Shown here: positions 28,398 to 41,489 of the stretch, one piece after another | Layout of the letters: each line of letters opens with the position of its first letter | Position numbering within the stretch: the first letter of the stretch is position 1 | DNA from: Octopus vulgaris | Taxonomy: Eukaryota | Assembly (NCBI GenBank): GCA_951406725.2 | Contig: OX597822.1 | Span: 51,026,001-51,090,000 of the forward strand | Length of the DNA stretch: 64,000 nt | Reading direction: 5' to 3' | Notes under the pieces: generated by a model | Database searches by the model: none | What the model was told of the DNA's origin: nothing | The model's input: only the letters and a program-made list of their open reading frames with translations | Made by a program: the position numbers and the translations under genes

Positions 28398-28830
28398 TAT
28401 ACATACATATATATATAGAGAGAGAGAGAAAGAGAGAGGGATAAATGAATTAGAAATGAATTGCAATCTTTTACAAACTATGGCCCCAATGGGCTTCATG
28501 CGTACTTAGCTACAATAGAACAACATCAATTTCTTCTATCTTCTTGCTTTGTTAAAATATTTCAAAAACATTATATTAATGTATACGACTGATTAAAATT
28601 CTATCTATTTATTTGTAGAGCTGAACACGACACTGCATTTAAGTAAATGTAATGATTTCATTGTTGAATAAAATGGAGTCGCTCGAAACGGTCGTACTGC
28701 ATCGCTAGCAGTACGGCCGACATCCGTTTGCTTATTTTGATTTTATATACTGCAATTGTTTTCTTTTCAACACACGCTCATATCAAGCCACTTTCTATAC
28801 AAATATATCTCCATGATTTATATATGTGTG

Positions 28831-28886
<56 letters not shown>

Positions 28887-28974
28887 ATACTAAGGTAGTC
28901 AGACTGTTGGATGATTGTAATGTTTTTTTTTAATTTATTTATATTTTAATTACAGCACTGAATAAAATCTGAAC

Positions 28975-30510
28975 ATTAAGTAACGGATACCAGATAAAGA
29001 AAGGGACAACTTATGCAAATCCATAATCAAAGCGAGCAATTTCTACAGATTACCCAAAATCCACAAAGTTCCGAGATACAGAGGGCCATAAACACACAGA
29101 AGAGTCACTACATAAAAATAGAGTCCCACAGACCTCAAAATGAGACCGTTAGTTGCTGGGCCCCAGCAACTGAGTCGCCTCTTGGACATACTCCTCAAAA
29201 CTTTATGCCCATTAATACCAGCTATGTACGAGATGGCATGGACTTTCTCATTTACATCCCAGCTACTGTCCCGGAAACTATACTTGCAAGTTTTGACGTC
29301 ACTAAACTCTATACCTACATACCTCATACCTTAGGACTGAAAGCAGTCAAACACTGGGTAGAGAAACTGAGAAAATATACTGATGAACGTTTCAAAACAG
29401 ACTTCATTGCCAAAGCCACTCGTCTACTTCTAGATGAAAATACACTCAGATTTGATAATAAGATGTACCGACAGAAAGAAGAGCACGGCTATGAGTACGA
29501 CATTTGCACCCTCATTAGCCAGCCTAGTTATGGGTTACTTAAAAAGGTAGACTTTACACAGAAGTAGGCAAAGCCTTTGATCACAGCTTCAAAGAAAACA
29601 TCGCGACGAAGTGGAGGCGCTATATCCATGACTGCTTCAGCTTTTGTGATAGAAAAGAAGTCCTACGGACATTTTCACAACACCCTCAGCACACCACACC
29701 CATATATCAATTTTACAACAGAAAATAGCTACAATGATCTACTATTCCTAGACATTCGCATCAAAATACACAACTCCACGGTCATAACAGACATATTTTA
29801 CAAGAAACAGACACACACCAATATTTAAATTTCTACTCTTGACATCCCTCCCACATCAAAAGGAACATCCAATACAGAATGGTTAGACGCATCTGCACTA
29901 TACTAACTGACCCATAAATACGCCAAATTAGACTTGATGAACTCAAAATCCTCTTACAAGAACAAGATTATCGCGTGAAACTTATAAATAATGGAATCTC
30001 GAAACCAATAGAATTAGACTTCAAACAACTTAGGGCTCCAAACGAAAAAAAGCAAGGAACATATTATTCTTTTTTATAAGTACATACGACCCTGGAATAA
30101 CTAATATTTTCCATGTTATAGACTGAAACCAACCGATACTCTTACAGAGCCTCAAAATAAGAAAACTGATAGAAAACCTTACCTGCGAAATAGTAAACGC
30201 CAGGGAGAATCTTTAAAAAACAACTTACAAGAGCAAAATTCCCATCGGAGAATGAAACATTATTCTCCATATGATGCAGGATATGCAACAACATTAATAC
30301 CTACAAATATATAGTTGGAAACACCCACATAACATTTAATTATGGCTTCTTATTCAAAGTAAAATCTCATATACTGCCTTTCTTGCGCCAAATACAAGGG
30401 GAATTATATTGGCGAAACCAATTATTCCCTTTTCCAACGTGCAAGAGTACACAAACAGCACCTCCAAGAAGAGGAGCTATAGAAAATTCTACGAGCAAAC
30501 ATTTGAAAAT
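28975..30510 (+). mobile_element. Penelope-like element (RT plus GIY-YIG endonuclease), frameshifted
   Basis: RPLVAGP, SYVRDGMDFL..LASFDVTKLYTYIPH..G, GTAM...APS.A.LVMG, WRRYIHD, INFTTE..LLFLDI, TDIFYKKTDTHQYL..HP.HIK, C..C, YIGET..L..R..HK. Confidence 0.93.
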
Positions 30511-30515
30511 AAGAG

Positions 30516-30555
<40 letters not shown>

Positions 30556-30557
30556 TG

Positions 30558-30602
<45 letters not shown>

Positions 30603-30639
30603 ATGTATGTATGTATATGTGTGTGTGTATGTGTGTGTG

Positions 30640-30745
30640 TTAGTCCTCCGCCATCGCTTGATAACTGATGTTGGTGCGTTTACGTCACCGTAAATTAGTG
30701 GTTCGGTGAAAGAGAGCGATATAATAAGTACTAGTCGTATAAAGA
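30640..30745 (+). mobile_element. SINE family A, 3' fragment
   Basis: atcgcttgataactgatgttggtgcgtttacgtc..ggttcgg..ataagtactag. Confidence 0.75.
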
Positions 30746-32883
30746 ATAATATAATACAATGTCTACAGAAACATCTAACTATTTTATATACTTCATACCC
30801 ACCTACACACCCACAGGCACGTATATACACATATATACTTGCGGCTCCGACAATTTGGTGGCGGATTTTTGCCAATCGGCAGAGCGTGACCAATTCACCA
30901 AATTCTCACAATAAGCAACATCTCTCTGTTTTGAGATTCAAAAGTGCATTGTTATATGCTTTGATTAATTGCATGAAATGGCCTCTGTTGTATGACCATG
31001 TTAACTCACCACTTTTTCCAGTTCTTTTTCCTTTGTAAGTTCAGCTGGGGTTTATAACAGCTTGGGACTTCTTGCTTTCTTTTACCCTTTAGCGTGATAT
31101 TATTTCGCTAATAATCAATAATGATAACGAATATTAGATGAAAAAGGTTTTTCCCCTCTTTAACTCCACTCTAATCTGATAGACCAAGCGTATGATCAAA
31201 ATATATAATTCATGATAAACTACACCACTACATATATTTAGGGCTGTGTAGGAATGCGCATTGTAATGTCATGATCCTGTATAACATGGTGTGGCGTGAT
31301 TTTGGATATAAATATTTGGTGGTGAATTCAAGAATCTCTAATACCCACGTAAGCTTTCCCAGAATTAACTATTGTCATTCCAATATATGATATTATTAAC
31401 GCTACTGGTATTTTTATGTGCATGAACTTACGCTTCTATTGTGAATTGATTGAGAATAATAGTAGCTTTGCCTGAAATAATATTCTTAAGTAATTTATTG
31501 AATTTATTTGATTGCGTAGGGTGTCTTATAATCGAGAAATATAGTGTGTTTACTAGTGCTCATTACAACGCGTTTGCACTAAGATTTATATTGTTATTTT
31601 AAACCAGCTGAACTCTGATTGCCATTATCTCACATCAAACGAGCTACTGACGGAACATTCCTTCTCTTTTACCGTTATCTTATATGATATTATCTAATGT
31701 TTATACGTGTGTCAAACAGTAGGATTTGATTTAAGGGATATACGCCGTCTATTTCGGGAAGGTTAGCTCCAACATTATCATACTGTTCACTTTCCAGACA
31801 TTTGTACATTACTTCATATACTTTATACACACTTTTGACCAAGTTGTGGTGCACCTGAGCACTGTATACAATAATTTCATTATTATATGATCGTATGATG
31901 AAAAGTGTTTGATTTCGTACTATTGGCACTATTATAAAAAATATACTGCCGATACTTTTAGTGTGGAACTTATGAATTCAAATATATTCCTCATTCATAT
32001 ATGCCTCTTGAAATTGTAATTTGTTTTCTATTATATTGACCCCTTCTTTCTCATAAATCACTCGTGTTTTGACAATATTTTCTCAACGTATAAAATGCAT
32101 TATGTATCAGTATACAAAGTATAGTACATATACGAAACGTAAGAAGTTAAAAAGATAATCCTCCACAAAATATGAAATTGCAGCACATACAGGCACCAGA
32201 GAAGAGAAATTAGGTGTGTTACAAACATTACTAGATTTAAACTTTGTGTCTATCATAGTTTGTTGATCTTGGTGTTAATTTATGCATAACAGTTACATTT
32301 TTAATTACATACTTAAGAACTAGCCCCTTATACTGGTAAGAAATTAATCAAAATATTTAGATCACATGCCAATGCTAAAGACAGAGGTAAGCTACCCACA
32401 GAGTTGAGCTACCTACAATAGTTGTGGATATTTCATAAAGGGTATGCCAAACAGTCTTGAGAAAAATTTCCAAATGAAATAAACCAGAGTTAATTTTGAT
32501 AAAACATATATTCCAAGAGAAGAAACCTTGAATATAATTGCTTCTCCGGAGCAGTCTTCTGAAGCAAGAATTAATGTTCTATTTCTTTCGACAAACTGCA
32601 TTATGCGTTATAAGTATTAGATATATTCTTCCAAGAAAATTATTTTATTTTTTATCGTTAATAGGAAATATTTCCGGAACTGACCTCACAATGTGATTTT
32701 GCACTTCAGTGAAAATGAATGGAAAAACATATAACCACTTAACTTCAACATTCCAATATGTAATTTCCATTTTAGATTAATTTCAGAGAAATATCGTATA
32801 TTTGACACGTATAGTAAAACATGCAGTAATTTTTCCATTATTACGTAACATATATAGACCTGTTTACGAACATATATGTGTAT

Positions 32884-32943
<60 letters not shown>

Positions 32944-34396
32944 GCATACATATATCTATATCTATATATCTATCTATATAAATGTGTATATATATATATA
33001 TGTTTATTTGTAAGCATGTTTACATGCACGTGTGTGTAGGTATGCATTATATTTTCTGGATTTGATAAAAAAAATGCGGCTATATCTTCTGGTATTATTT
33101 ATTCCCCTTTACGCGTGTTTCAATTGCTAATGGGAATCTCAAAGACATACATGTTATATAGACATAAAAGGCATTTCTTATTAGAAGCTCTGCACATAAA
33201 GAACAACTGAATAACTAAACCTGGCTTTTGGATTAAGTCTTTATGATTACACATTAATCAAGAGAATTAAACTTTAATTCTTACTCATTCTTTGACTAAA
33301 CAGACAAAACTGTTATATTGAACGCATTGCAAAAAAGATTGTAGAAATTAGTAGAAATTAGTTAATTAAAAATAAACATATAGTTAATTACGTATATAAA
33401 GTAAAAGAGAATTCTAATAAGAAAAATGTCTTCCTACATATTATTAAGTGAAGAAACCAAAGTTTCATTCATGGTTTATATGTTCGTTTTTGCGTATCTT
33501 TACGAATCTCAACAACGGTCATCTCTGTGCAGGCCTCCTCATAACAAATCAGTGTTTTAACATTTGTGGTCCGGCTAAATATTGTCAGCCTAAGATAAAG
33601 CACTTTATTTTCAAAATAGAGAAAATTCTTACGTGCGTAATTTAATTGTTACTAAGGCTGAGCAAGCTGGGTAGTAGTATGAGGTAATGGATGACAGGTG
33701 CTGCATAAAACAAAGGATTTATCCACCGTACACATTTCAGATTAGACTTTCGTTAAAAGCAAAAATGAAAATCATGCCGGACCTGTTATATGAGAAATGT
33801 AAAATATTTCAAATCACACCTTTTTTCATTTGCCCGTGATTTTTCCAAAATATTATGTTTATAATGCTTTTAAAGAGCCGTAAATGCCCATGAAGCCGAC
33901 GAAGCGAAAAGGGAGTGAAGTTCGTTTGTTTGAAAAATATTAATTTTTTAATGGATATCTAAAGCAATGTTGTGTCTGCATAAAACATTAAGGATGTTTC
34001 ATGTACCATGTCATGGTGCAAGCATAAAATGAGAAGGGAAGCAAAATGAAAACAATCGATACTCTAAAACAATCTATAAATTTGCATTGCAATTACGCAC
34101 TGAATTTTTTGTAGTTGGCTATTGCAGAACTAGCATGGATTAAGAGACAAGTTATCTCATTATAAATTTGACTCGCTGATATTAAGAGCAGATCTAGTAC
34201 GAAAGCTCTATGGGTCAAATTTATGAAGTACTCAGATTTCAAACACCAATATAAGGAATATTCTAAAAATTTAAGGCGTTAATATAAAAGATATCATGTA
34301 TACTATGTAGCTGTTAAATATATTCGTGTGCATGTGTGTGTGCGTGTGTGAGTATGTGTGCGTCGGTTGTGTGTCACTGTGTCCGGAAATGTATAC

Positions 34397-34433
<37 letters not shown>

Positions 34434-34517
34434 TATATGCAAGAACGTGAGTAGGTCTGTGCTAACGTTAAAAATTGCACATTTTTCTCGTCGTAGCAAT
34501 TTTCTTCGTAAAATTTC

Positions 34518-34681
34518 ATGGCTGTGAGGTAAGAGGCTTGTTTCCCAAGCACATGGTTCCGGGTTCAGTCCGTCTGCATGGCACCTTGGACACGTATCAT
34601 CTACTATAGCTTCGGGTCGACTAAAGCTTTTTGGGTGTTTACGGTTAGTGTGTTTTGTACACAGAAACTGAAAGAAACCCG

Positions 34682-34746
<65 letters not shown>

Positions 34747-35145
34747 TACATATAAATGGGTGCGTAAACAAACAGATGTATTAGTTTACCGTTCTGGAAG
34801 TGAGAAAGCCTTTTACGCTCTTCGACAGAAGGGAACACAGAAATAAACAGAGAGAAAATAAGGTTTAGTGGCTAGGTTTGTGTGTATATGAATGTATGTA
34901 TGCATATATATATATATGTGTGTGAGAGACTTTCTTTTTGTTTGTCTCTCCACATCACTTGATTGACAACCGATGTTGGTGTGTTTACGTCCCCGTAACA
35001 TACCAGTTCGGCAAAATGGCCTATAGAACAAGTACTAGTCTTAAAAAGAATAAATCCTAAAATTAATTTCTTCGACTAAAAGACCCTTAAATGTAGTGAC
35101 CCTGCAAGGCCGCAATCAGTTGCCTGAAACAACTAAAAGAAGAAA
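34518..35145 (+). mobile_element. SINE family A halves (34518-34685 and 34935-35145) separated by microsatellite and unrelated sequence
   Basis: Head catggttccgggttcagtcc..ggcaccttgg; tail ttgacaaccgatgttggtgtgtttacgtccccgtaac..ctgaaacaa. Confidence 0.8.
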
Positions 35146-35217
35146 ACAATATTCATGTAAACGCTCATATATTTAATCAATCAATCTATCTATCTATACA
35201 CTCATACATATGTATAA

Positions 35218-35261
<44 letters not shown>

Positions 35262-35849
35262 GTGTGTGTGTGTGTGTGTCTGTGTCTGTGTCTGTGTGTG
35301 TGTGTATTCTATATGTCGTATATTGCGCGTATAATACGATTGGATGTAGAAAACGATCCCACAACTTCAATTTTAAAAATAGGTGTTGAGCTATATTTGC
35401 TGTATATAGTTATTTCAAGCTTTAGCGAAAAATGCTTGAGTACCAACGGCGCAAGTTTCGTGGGTGAAGGGGTCGATTCAGCTCTAGATTCCCCAGCGGC
35501 ACCTGAAACTTCTTAACTTGTGTTTTGATAGCATTGTTGTCATATGTGTCAATCAATAACCGTTCTGCAGCCCTGGTTATTTAGAGTTTATCCAGTTCTT
35601 TATAAAGTGGCCAAATATTGTAAATTACGATAATACACATCAGACGTAACTGGCTGGTATAAACACTACCCTTGTAAAGTCACTAAGTGTCAATCATTTT
35701 AGAGGAACTAACATGGTGCCATGTATACCATACTGATACCATTTACTTGAAATGGCTTTATAGATTTACTTACGGTATGTATAATATTATATTGAAATAT
35801 ATAAGAAATATGCACTACCAATATTTTCTTTTATTTATAAATTTTATCT

Positions 35850-36125
35850 TGCTTCACGAGATCATTGGTCTTGAAACAACGTATATATTTTGACGCTGTT
35901 TACGGCGCATATCTACAATAATGCTTCTCTAGAATCGGTCAGGATGCAGTTTCTCCTCCCACTGCATTATTTGTCATTGTTATATTCCTTAATAATCTCT
36001 CTTTAATTTCCAGACTCTTACCATCTTCTCGCTTGCACCGTATTCTCTCGCAGCAGCACAGTTGTTGTGAGACTTGGAGTATAATACCCCATTCAGCTTA
36101 ATACTAGCTTCATATTTCCTTCATT
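35850..36125 (-). mobile_element. pogo/Tigger-like transposase N-terminal fragment (BrkDBD-like plus CENP-B-type HTH)
   Basis: Frameshifted RKYEASIKL../SKSHNNCAAAREYGASEKMVRVWK..*PILEKH..QRQN.YVVSRPMI. Confidence 0.7.
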
Positions 36126-36214
36126 TACCACTTGAAGCTATGGAAGTGTTTTACAAATGATGGAAATTAATGTGAGTGGATTTGGTAGGCGGAAACTGAA
36201 AGAAGCCTGTCGTA

Positions 36215-36293
<79 letters not shown>

Positions 36294-36433
36294 CAATAAA
36301 GATTCAAGTCAATTTTAATGAATTTACTTGAATATGGTACCTAACTTAGATGCACCAAAAAACTATACGGTTTTAACCATACAGTAATGTGGGGTGATTA
36401 TAAGCGAGAAAGAAGCAACAAGAATGGATAAGT

Positions 36434-36524
36434 TTTTAGTACAATCGTTTCATACAAAGACGGGCTTTATTAAAAGTTGCAAAAATTGCAGCATATAAAC
36501 GTGTCCCGTACTCATCAGCTAAAA
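36434..36524 (-). ncRNA. Putative type I hammerhead ribozyme (left-arm copy)
   Basis: Mirror image of 36677-36767. Confidence 0.78.
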
Positions 36525-36676
36525 TACATGTGAGTTCTCTAGACATCTTAGTGGTTGAGGCTATACTCATGAAGTAATGTAGATAATTAAGTAACATAAA
36601 CTTATGTTACTTAATTATCTACATTACTTCATGAGTATAGCCTCAACCACTAAGATGTCTAGAGAACTCACATGTA

Positions 36677-36767
36677 TTTTAGCTGATGAGTACGGGACAC
36701 GTTTACATGCTGCAATTTTTGCAACTTTTAATAAAGCCTGTCTTTGTATGAAACGATTGTACTAAAA
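36677..36767 (+). ncRNA. Putative type I hammerhead ribozyme (right-arm copy)
   Basis: Stem I TTTTAG/CTAAAA; core CTGATGA (36683-36689); stem II GTACGGGACA/TGTCTTTGTAT; GAAA (36750-36753); stem III ACGATTGT; GUA cleavage triplet ending at 36761. Confidence 0.8.
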
Positions 36768-36796
36768 ACTTATCCATTCTTGTTGCTTCTTTCTCG

Positions 36797-36853
<57 letters not shown>

Positions 36854-39800
36854 TTGTATGTCTGTGTTTGTTCCCCTAGCATTGCTTGACAACCGATGCT
36901 GGTGTGTTTACGTTCCCGTCACTAGCGGTTCGGCAAAAAGATACCTATAGAATAAGTACTGGGCTTACAAAAAGAATAAGTCCCGAGGTCGAGTTGCTCG
37001 ACTAAAGGCGGTGCTCCAGCATGGCCTCGGTCAAATGACTGAAACAAGTAAAAGAGTAAAAAGAGAGAGAGTGAGTACACTTAATCTTCTCTATCAATTA
37101 TTCAATATATATATATACACACACACACACACATATATACATACATATACATATATACATACACACATGTATACATACATATATATATATACATATATAT
37201 ATATATACATATATACATACATATACATATATACATATACATATACATATATACATACATATACATATATACATATACATATACATATATATAAATATAT
37301 ATAAAATCTATCTATCTACCTATCAACCTATCTGTCTATATTTCTATCTCTCTTTCTGTCTGTCTATCTTTCTATCATTGAAAATATCGCACGCTGTGCG
37401 CCCCGCAAATATCACTGAATGAAATAGCACATCACTTATTCAAACGCAGTCAACCACCCATCGCTGGGACATTAAACATCCCTATTTCCAGCATTCTACG
37501 CAGCCAACAATCATTACATGCTCTACATAATCTGTATTTAACACGATAATACTTCGCAATAAACAGAAATCAAATGTGAAATACAAATAGCGCTCCTAAA
37601 GTCAGGCCACCTACGTAACGCCTCATGGTGCAGTAGAAACTTTATAAACTATTAAGAGCATAATAATATAGCATTGAATATGAATGGCAATACTCTTTAC
37701 ATTAAATTTTGTTGAAATATGAAAAAGAAAAATTGTTTGAAATGATCAAAGCAATTGCAACAGCAGAAATTCGCAATTCAATTTTTACTGCTGTTATTTA
37801 TTTTGAAAACACGTTACAAATAGATAGCTTTAGTTCCTTTGAAACTTTATTAAAACTCAGCAGGCACTATATGGTGATAAATAGTATCATGGGAAAGACA
37901 AAAAAAAAATGTTCACTTTCACATCATTTACAACTTCATTTACATAAGCCAAGCTAATACGTTTGTGATATTATTAGGTTTCTTTTAAGATATATTTCTT
38001 TATAAAACAACATTTTCCCCATAAAGACAACTTATTTTTTTGTTTAAAACTCAAATGCTTTCATATTTGAAAAAAAAATCCGAACTCGAAATTTATAATG
38101 GTAAAATGGAGAATAATATTTTTCAACTGTAATCAATAATATTAACATCACAGCAATTCAACTATGAAGTCAGTTTTGATAAATTATTCGTTGTTTTAGA
38201 TTTTTTTCTGGTTTGTGTGTACAGGAATCTATTAGCATGTAAAGGACAGCACGATAAGCATTAGCAAATTGATTTCATTGTAAGAAAAAAAATTCCTCGA
38301 CGAAAACACCATTTAATTGGGAACATACAATATATAACAGAGAAGCAATATATGACATATATACAATAGTCAAATGGGAAAACCAATATATTTTTCATTA
38401 TTTATCTCCTTTGGTTAGATATATATTATAGTATGTAATATATACATTTTATAGGAAAATATGTTAGACTACATGTAAAGATATATTTGGTTTAAACACA
38501 AGTTAATGGAGACCCACGGTGAGCAATTATAATTTTTACTGATGTATTTCCATATATGTTTTGCACTTTCATTAAAAAGCAATGCAATCTACAAATAAGT
38601 TAAGCATAGAATATTATGTTCGAGTAAATTATACATTATACCCCCAAAACGTATATTTTTATTATGTGTAGATAAATAGCACGTTGCGCATATTATCCTT
38701 ATCAAATGGTTATACTTAAATATGTTTCCTGATGGTCACGTTACAAACAATGACATGCAAATCAAGAGCATAGGGGAAGAAATGCTTAATAGTTTCAAGC
38801 TATCATTGTTGACGAAGCCTGCGTTAATTCTTCATTCAGTTTGTCTATTTTCTTACAACATATAATTTAATACATTAATTACTTACGACTTTTCTCCGGC
38901 ATAAACCTACAGAATACTATAGTTTGTCCATGAGTGACTGTCTTTAGAAATGGTAAATAGTACTAAGTTTATATTGTGAATTTCACAGATTCTATCACAT
39001 ATACTCATATATATAATGTATACCAATTTTATAGCAGACAGTATATGACTGTAATTGTATATCTATACTACTCACACATATAACTTGGCTAGATTTCAGT
39101 CGTGGCCAATTATTGCTGGCAGTTTATTATCAGAAAAAAGTGTTTTAAATTGTATTCTTCCTGAAGACAATGTAAAGTTAACATACACATATAATTCTGT
39201 CTGTACGAATCCAACAATGCAGTCAATGTGCCTCATTCGACAGCGCACATTAAGATACACGAGGCGCTGAGTCAAACATGGTGGAGCCGCAAAGAGAATA
39301 TCTGTTCGCTTAGGATTAGCCACTCTCCTAAACTAATAAGCAAAAATATGGTACATACTACAAGTTCTAATTGCTTACTATGGACGGGAATAAGCAACAG
39401 TGTTGCCATTCCAACTTTCTTTCACAACTACTAATTCTATTCACCTTGCTATAACTAATACAGTGTACAATCATATCATCGAGTTGATTAACTATTGTGA
39501 CTGAACAATATACTAGTAATAAAAGTAGTTGAATTATATAAAATACTTCTAACATTGAAGATAATTTTAAAATTAGAATATATATATATATAATACAGAG
39601 TTAGAATTACTGAATTTGTACGACATATGTCTACGTCGCTAATATAATTGTCTTATACGTTCATATTTCTGATAAATATCAAAGCCAAATTAACGATTCG
39701 AAAATGAAAAAGTACGCAATGATAATCTGGCTGAATAAACTATTTTTTTCTTTAAAGATGCATTAACTGTTTAAGGGTCTATTTTTAACTTTGCTATTAA

Positions 39801-41489
39801 ATTTAAAAAATAAATTTTAAAATCAAATTTATGTTAAACTCAGGCAAAAAAACAACATATCAGTGGAAATATTTAATGAAAAAAAGTCACAGTTATTGCT
39901 ATAAAAACACAATATTAAATATCTGAGGTATTTATTACAAAAATCAGACTAAATCGATCAGTTGGATGTTTCAGTTGCATTTATTTGCATCTTAACATAA
40001 TAAATTCTCCATATAGACAGGTTCCGAATGTATAATATTTCTATTTAATATTGTCGTATATTTCAGATTAGTGTCACCTCTGTTTATTACGATATCTATG
40101 GTTCTTGTCAGACGATTTGGCAAATTAACAACACTTGGAAATGCAACTATATTACAAGATTTTATTTTACATATACAAATCTGATCTAAGAGTGAAATGT
40201 CGGCTTTAGGCTACAATAGCTGATGGGTAGTAATCGTTCATGAATCGTTGTTTTAACAGCCAAGGGAATATATGTAACTGACTAATGGAAAGTACTAATG
40301 AAACATTTCCGTACGTTTTACTGACCAAAATTTAAATGGATATATTCTATTCATTCATAACTATGTTGAAGATTGCAGACTTGCTTCAAACTATAAGCCT
40401 ATTCGTAAAATGTGAAAGGGATTGAACTCTTAAATTACAACTTACCAAATATGTTAGTGTAATATGTTGGAGTTAGTGAGTCATAATACTGATACCAATA
40501 AAGCCAACTCTCTATATGTTGTGTTTTGCTTCTCAGCAAAGCATGCGCCACCATTACAATAACGTCAGAAATGGGACTGTATCCCTTGCACATTTGGGAG
40601 ATGATATAATTAACGCCAACAATATATTTTTTCGCTTACGCTTATAAATCTAATAGTTTATCTGTTATTTTCAAATTTCCCCATTAAACATGAGGGCTAT
40701 ATTAGATCTATATTCATGTTCAAGCACCCTTGTAAAATTTTACGATGTCGTTTATATGTAGTAAATGCTAATTCTTTCACCAGACCAGTAATCTTTATAC
40801 TCTAATGTTTTAAGTAACAAGCTGGCTGTAATCTTATGCAATATGTAAGTGGTTCGATATATCTGCAAGTTAAGTAAATGATTGGCAGGTGAGAAGTAGT
40901 CATCGCAAGTCTCTACTGTTTCCGCTTTTTACATTTATAAGAAGAATTAGCTTTAGAAACTCCAGGATTGATCGTCAATTTCTCTTGGAAAATGAATTCA
41001 AGTATATAATCAAATTGGCCTTATATTCTTATTCAAATATATCCAGACTAAAAGAATGTACAACACTAGGCAGTAGCAAACTTTTGCAAAGCCTTGATTT
41101 TTCAGTGAAATTTTTCAAGATTCTCATAGGAAAATTCTTGAGTTAGGATGGTTCATAATTTCCAAACAGCGATGATTTAAATTTCTTACAATACAAAGGT
41201 ATAATGAGGAAATGTCAAATTTTCTAAATATTGTATTATATAGTTAATATGAAATTCGTTCAGTACAAGTGGACAAAATTTGCAAAGATTTTGGCAAAAA
41301 TACTAATGGCATTATGATCGATAAAACAACTTGAAAGAGTACTAATGAGTATATTACACATTTTTCTGAAATTAGATTTCTGACTCTCATACTAACACGA
41401 ACGTGCGTTGTATGGATATTTACATTGTTAACACTCAAACTTAATTGACTTACTGTTCGCAGTTGATACGGTCAAGTCTTACAATAGCG

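Larger units (their letters stand above)
36399..36802. repeat. Near-perfect palindrome: 201-bp arms, 2-nt spacer, 2 mismatches; part of insert 36291-36802
   Basis: 36399-36599 is the reverse complement of 36602-36802. Centre GTAACATAA-AC-TTATGTTAC. Confidence 0.98.
36170..37066 (+). mobile_element. SINE family A whose central (TA)n hosts a palindromic insert
   Basis: tgtgagtggatttggtag..gaaactgaaagaagcc (36170-36215) and 3' half (36856-37066) match 59712-60120. Confidence 0.9.

Noticed and set aside
28212-28400. ~60-bp tandem repeat as a CRISPR-like array
   Set aside because: AT-microsatellite-derived minisatellite with no unique spacers, in eukaryotic DNA.
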